A DNA stretch of 64,000 nt from a virus, in IMG/VR virus record IMGVR_UViG_3300025137_000017, positions 71,612 to 135,611 of that record. One strand, 5' to 3'. The translations under genes were made by a program, and so were the position numbers. Each line of letters begins with the position of its first letter. Within the stretch, counting starts at the first letter, position 1. Under the pieces are notes generated by a model. That model worked only from the letters and a program-made list of their open reading frames with translations, was not told the origin of the DNA and searched no databases. This document shows positions 59,864 to 64,000 of this stretch, piece after piece.

Positions 59864-60232
59864 ATGGCATATGTTTCACAAGCAAAAAAACAAGAATTAG
59901 CAGTTGGTATTAAAGCAGTTCTTAAAAAGTATAACATGAAGGGTTCTATTGCAGTTAGACATCATTCAACACTAGTAGTTAATCTACAGAGTGGTCCAAT
60001 TGACTTTGAACATAACGACTTTACAAGTGTTAATGTTTATTGGATTGATAGTCATTACACAGGCGTTGCTAAAGACTTCTTAAATGAATTGCTTATGGCT
60101 ATGAAAGGTCCTGAGTGGTTTGATAAGTCAGATGCACAGAGTGATTACTTCTATGTTAGTCATTATACTGATATTAATGTTGGTAAGTGGAACAAAGACT
60201 ACATTTTAACAGAAATGCAGGTGGCTGCATAA
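59864..60232 (+). CDS. conserved early protein (LPD29-like)
   Basis: WFDKSDAQSDYF motif; AGGAG SD. Confidence 0.6.
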   Translation: MAYVSQAKKQELAVGIKAVLKKYNMKGSIAVRHHSTLVVNLQSGPIDFEHNDFTSVNVYWIDSHYTGVAKDFLNELLMAMKGPEWFDKSDAQSDYFYVSHYTDINVGKWNKDYILTEMQVAA

Positions 60233-60390
60233 TGAATATGAAACTAAAAGGTGCAACCACTGTACTAAATAAAGAACGTGTATTTCTAGGGTTAACAATG
60301 AAAGAATTAATGACATTCATACAACGTAACCCTTATGCTTTTTCAGATAAAACCATATTGGCATACAAAATTTATAATCAGGCGTCATAA
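60232..60390 (+). CDS. small hypothetical protein
   Basis: MNMKLKGA...; TAATG-coupled at both ends. Confidence 0.55.
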   Translation: MNMKLKGATTVLNKERVFLGLTMKELMTFIQRNPYAFSDKTILAYKIYNQAS

Positions 60391-61082
60391 TGCAACCACA
60401 ACAATCCTCAGAATGGACACATGGGGGCTGGTATTCACCAGTCCAATTGGTGTATCCTCCTGGCGGTGGTGGTAATTTTATTGCTGGTATACTGGATAGT
60501 TGGAATCCAGACTGGTCAACTACTATGCAACGTGATCTAGAGACAAACGAATATATTATATCAGGTCCTGCAATCATTAATTTATGGCACCCAGAACAAA
60601 TATTCCATAAGAAGCCTGATATGAGATGTGAACCCAGTCTTGCGAGAGCAAAATGGATAACTTCTGTAGTTAATAACAATGGACAAAAGATTGTAATCTG
60701 GGATTATTCAGGCAGTCAAAATTATATAGAAGCTCTTAATAAATTAAAGAATCGTAAATCTGTTCGACCTGTTAATGCCAATACTATAAATCTAGTAAAA
60801 CAACCTGAATTTGTAAAACGTATACTTGCAGGATGTCCTTTCCGTATGAAAATAGTCGACAGTCAATTAAGAAAATATAACAATGCAGTGAAACATTTAA
60901 AGAACACACATACACTTAACTATCACAAACTTTTCTTTCAGCAGGATAGAACTGAACTAAGTTTACTAAAACAGTTTATTTGTGGTACAAACATAACTGA
61001 TATTGAGTATGAAAAGGCTAAAGAAGACTTATGGAATTATATGCATAATAATTGTGAGGCACTATTGGAGTTTACAAAATAA
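60390..61082 (+). CDS. sulfotransferase-like P-loop protein
   Basis: LVYPPGGGGNFIAGIL, TNEY, TLNYHKLFF; resembles 52120 ORF. Confidence 0.55.
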   Translation: MQPQQSSEWTHGGWYSPVQLVYPPGGGGNFIAGILDSWNPDWSTTMQRDLETNEYIISGPAIINLWHPEQIFHKKPDMRCEPSLARAKWITSVVNNNGQKIVIWDYSGSQNYIEALNKLKNRKSVRPVNANTINLVKQPEFVKRILAGCPFRMKIVDSQLRKYNNAVKHLKNTHTLNYHKLFFQQDRTELSLLKQFICGTNITDIEYEKAKEDLWNYMHNNCEALLEFTK

Positions 61083-61090
61083 ATAATATT

Positions 61091-61285
61091 ATGGACGATA
61101 ATTACATTGAACAGACTGTAAGAGATTTAAAGAGCCGTATACATACACAACGACAGGCACTTGAGTTGACATATACAAAGAAAGATGTTAGTATAAAAGA
61201 ACAAGTACAAAAGCAACCTGATCAAGAGCTGGCTAATTTAGCAGATAGTTTGAGACCGAGGAGAAAAAGTATAAATGACTTTTAG
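61091..61285 (+). CDS. small hypothetical protein
   Basis: 64-aa ORF containing internal sigma70 promoter TTGACA(61166)-TAGTAT(61189). Confidence 0.45.
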   Translation: MDDNYIEQTVRDLKSRIHTQRQALELTYTKKDVSIKEQVQKQPDQELANLADSLRPRRKSINDF

Positions 61286-61430
61286 AGAATTTGTTAATGA
61301 TTTATGGTATGAACATAAAGAAGAAATACATACATGGACAGGAAATTATCCTATCTATGAACGTGAAAAATGGTTTATATCAAACAAGTGGTTCCTAAAA
61401 CACAAATTTAAAAACCAAGGAGATGAATAA
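61275..61430 (+). CDS. 51-aa aromatic-rich protein (not in ORF track)
   Basis: MTFREFVNDLWYEHKEE...KWFLKHKF; GGAG SD, TAATG coupling to next gene. Confidence 0.6.
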   Translation: MTFREFVNDLWYEHKEEIHTWTGNYPIYEREKWFISNKWFLKHKFKNQGDE

Positions 61431-61627
61431 TGGAAGGTTACTATGCAGTTGGATTGGGCATACTATTAGCTGGAATAGGCTATTGGCATGGCAGAGGTAA
61501 TGGAGTACTAGTGGGAATAGAGACCACTCTAAAATTTTTAGAGGATCAGAAAGCTATTAAAGTTGGTACAGATAGAAATGGTGAAACAACTATTGATTTG
61601 CCAGGACCTTGTAAGTGTGATAAATGA
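61430..61627 (+). CDS. small membrane protein
   Basis: AGGAG SD, N-terminal TM, GYWHGR. Confidence 0.6.
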   Translation: MEGYYAVGLGILLAGIGYWHGRGNGVLVGIETTLKFLEDQKAIKVGTDRNGETTIDLPGPCKCDK

Positions 61628-62409
61628 AGAACGTTCTTTTATCCACAAAGTATGCAGATAGGTATACACAGGCAAAGGGCTTGTTTGAAAAGTTAAACAC
61701 ACAGATGTTCACAGACATATGTAATCTAGCTGATGAACCTCCCAAGTTAACTGAGTGGCATGATGGAGACTTACCCGATAAGATCTATAGTTACAGACAT
61801 GAAGGTCCTGTAATCGGTTATGATGAAGATATAATGGTTGGACCACATGATTGGGAGCATGAAGAATCGCCCATTGGTGATTATGTTGTTCGTAAAAAGT
61901 GTTACATATATGATTGGACTAGTGAAAAACTATTTAATAATCCCAATACACCTAAAGAATTATTAAGTGAATTATTATATTTTACTGAAATGCATACAGA
62001 CTTTTTACCAATGCTATTTCAAGGTCGCGACAAACACTATGATACAGAGTATGTTAAAAAGTTTCTACACAAACTAATGATAATAGAATATTCAACACCA
62101 ACTGCAACTGAACAAACATTAGTTGAGCATAGACGCCATAATACTGAACGTTTCGGTCCTGACCATTGTGATGAAACACTAGCTGGTTTACATCTGGGAG
62201 AAAACTATGTTGAGTTTCAGACTAAAGATTCAAACGGCGACTGGAATTTCCATCCTGAACTAGCAGAAGATTCAACACTATGGATGCATGGTGAACATGC
62301 AATTGATTCAGGCTTTGAACCCACATACCACAGAATGATACACAATCCAGATCCAAAACATGGTGTACGTTATTCAATAATATTTGACCTACAGGTAAGA
62401 TATGATTGA
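61624..62409 (+). CDS. 2OG-Fe(II) oxygenase (HxD...H...RxS type)
   Basis: HCDETLAGLHLGE, PTYHRM, RYSIIF. Confidence 0.7.
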   Translation: MKNVLLSTKYADRYTQAKGLFEKLNTQMFTDICNLADEPPKLTEWHDGDLPDKIYSYRHEGPVIGYDEDIMVGPHDWEHEESPIGDYVVRKKCYIYDWTSEKLFNNPNTPKELLSELLYFTEMHTDFLPMLFQGRDKHYDTEYVKKFLHKLMIIEYSTPTATEQTLVEHRRHNTERFGPDHCDETLAGLHLGENYVEFQTKDSNGDWNFHPELAEDSTLWMHGEHAIDSGFEPTYHRMIHNPDPKHGVRYSIIFDLQVRYD

Positions 62410-63151
62410 TTGGCAAAAACTGGAAAACTTATTCGATAGGTTAGATCATCCAACAATTATGCATTTAGTGGGAAGTAGTCACGAACATCGCAAGGATGAT
62501 TGCTGGCCTGATAGACAATGGGAAGATTCATATGAAGCAAACGGTATTGGCTTTGATTTTCAATATATGCCGGGTCCACATGATCACCACTTAGAGGGTG
62601 CAAACAAAAAGACTGGTATTGTGGATCGTGATGCTAGAATACATGACAACATAAGACGAAGAAAGATCTATCTACATGGTTATGAAATGCCTAAATCAAC
62701 TCTGGCATGTTTACCTGAACTGCAATACTTTAATGAACTAAGAGACAAATACGTTGATGAAGTAAGTAAAAATACAAAATATTTTTTAGATCAGCCTGAT
62801 ATAAAGGAATTTGTACTACAATTAATGCTAATAGAATATTCAAATTTAAGTGTGCCTGAGGGATCAACAGATAAAGAATACTGGGTATGGAACTTTGATA
62901 GATTTGGACATGCACATATTGATGATAGTCTAGGTGGACTACATCTTGGTGAGAGTGACGAGGGCTTTTTTGTTGACAAAGACGGCAAAAGAGTGTATCA
63001 TAACTTAACTACAGGAGAGACTCTGTGGTTTTGGGGAGACGAAGCAAGTGCAAGTGGTATTGAACCAACTGTACATGGCGTAGATTATATTAATGAATCT
63101 AATGGTAAAAACCGTTATAGTGTAATTTTTAATTTAAAAACTGAAAGGTAA
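62402..63151 (+). CDS. 2OG-Fe(II) oxygenase (paralogue of upstream gene)
   Basis: [25 protein letters not shown]. Confidence 0.7.
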   Translation: MIDWQKLENLFDRLDHPTIMHLVGSSHEHRKDDCWPDRQWEDSYEANGIGFDFQYMPGPHDHHLEGANKKTGIVDRDARIHDNIRRRKIYLHGYEMPKSTLACLPELQYFNELRDKYVDEVSKNTKYFLDQPDIKEFVLQLMLIEYSNLSVPEGSTDKEYWVWNFDRFGHAHIDDSLGGLHLGESDEGFFVDKDGKRVYHNLTTGETLWFWGDEASASGIEPTVHGVDYINESNGKNRYSVIFNLKTER

Positions 63152-63155
63152 TAAA

Positions 63156-63776
63156 ATGCTAGTACCAATGGTAGTAGAACAAACAGGTCGTGGCGAACGT
63201 AGTTACGACATATATTCAAGACTAATGAAGGATCGTATTGTTATCCTCAATGGTGAAGTACATGATAATAGTGCAAACCTAGTGTTAGCACAACTATTAT
63301 ATTTGGAAAGTCAGAACAGTAATGAAGATATTCACTTGTATATTAATTCACCAGGCGGAAGTGTGACAGCCGGACTTGCCATCTATGATACAATGCAGTT
63401 TATAACTTCACCAGTAAGTACAATTGTAATTGGACAAGCCGCTAGTATGGGAAGTTTCCTAGCACAAGCAGGCGAACCCGGTAAACGTTTTGTACTGCCT
63501 GAGAGTCGTACAATGATACACAGAGTAAGTTCAGGAACTCCGGGTACCAGAGGATCAGTACATGTACAGGAACTACAGTTTGAAGATGCAATTAGAAGCA
63601 TGGAAGAAAGCAAAAGACTAAACGAAAGACTAACAAGACTGTATGTAAAGCATAATTCAAAAGGCAAATCATACGAGGAAATGTTTGATAAGATGAAGTT
63701 TGATACATTCCTTTCAGCAGAAGAAGCCGTTACTAATGGCTTAGCAGACAAAGTAATTGAAAAGAAACCTGTATAA
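63156..63776 (+). CDS. clpP: ATP-dependent Clp protease proteolytic subunit
   Basis: [52 protein letters not shown]. Confidence 0.95.
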   Translation: MLVPMVVEQTGRGERSYDIYSRLMKDRIVILNGEVHDNSANLVLAQLLYLESQNSNEDIHLYINSPGGSVTAGLAIYDTMQFITSPVSTIVIGQAASMGSFLAQAGEPGKRFVLPESRTMIHRVSSGTPGTRGSVHVQELQFEDAIRSMEESKRLNERLTRLYVKHNSKGKSYEEMFDKMKFDTFLSAEEAVTNGLADKVIEKKPV

Positions 63777-63784
63777 ATACATGT

Positions 63785-64000
63785 ATGAAGATATATGAAG
63801 TAATCACAGAAGCATTTGACAATCCTTATCCTATTAATTGGTTTCAAAAAACACAAGAAGTATGGGAAGGGTCTGTTCAACTACCCGATGGCAGTAAACT
63901 CTTTATAGACATTACTGAGTCTGATGAAGGATATTATGCTATAGAGTTTGCAAAGTCAGACACAAAAGGTATGGGTGCTACAATGAAAGCAACCGGTACT
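63785..64000 (+). CDS. late head-targeted protein, partial
   Basis: MKIYEVITE/AFD..., open to window end; ATG 5 nt after TATAAATA (63772-63779). Confidence 0.65.
   Translation, partial: MKIYEVITEAFDNPYPINWFQKTQEVWEGSVQLPDGSKLFIDITESDEGYYAIEFAKSDTKGMGATMKATGT

Overview
A 64 kb segment of a large, AT-rich (roughly one-third GC by eye) T4-like myophage genome, standard genetic code, almost all genes on the + strand. It contains neck/tail genes (gp15-, gp14-, gp13-like, sheath, tube), head and packaging genes (gp4-like nuclease, probable small terminase, large terminase, many acidic head/core proteins), the recombination/replication core (gp32, UvsX, UvsY, UvsW, primase, DnaB/gp41 helicase, a 194-aa mini-DnaE, exonuclease), NrdAB plus glutaredoxin, a PAAR/S8-protease module and four tRNAs. 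An accessory island encodes 2OG-Fe(II) oxygenases, sulfotransferase-like and kinase-like proteins, Fpr and ClpP. Two promoter classes are readable: sigma70 TTGACA-N16/17-TAnnnT and late TAAATA. Both frequently place the start site directly on an ATG (leaderless mRNAs). The same late-promoter spacing lands exactly on the first base of two intergenic base-paired elements (14545-14638 and 57351-57436), which are the best candidates here for undescribed phage small RNAs. Other notable items: a tRNA-Trp embedded in frame in a plausible CDS, a split radical SAM/SPASM + NqrM-like + SGNH insert in the packaging region, and a ligase-like protein that may be packaged in the head. All calls are from motif recognition by eye; no database searches were run.
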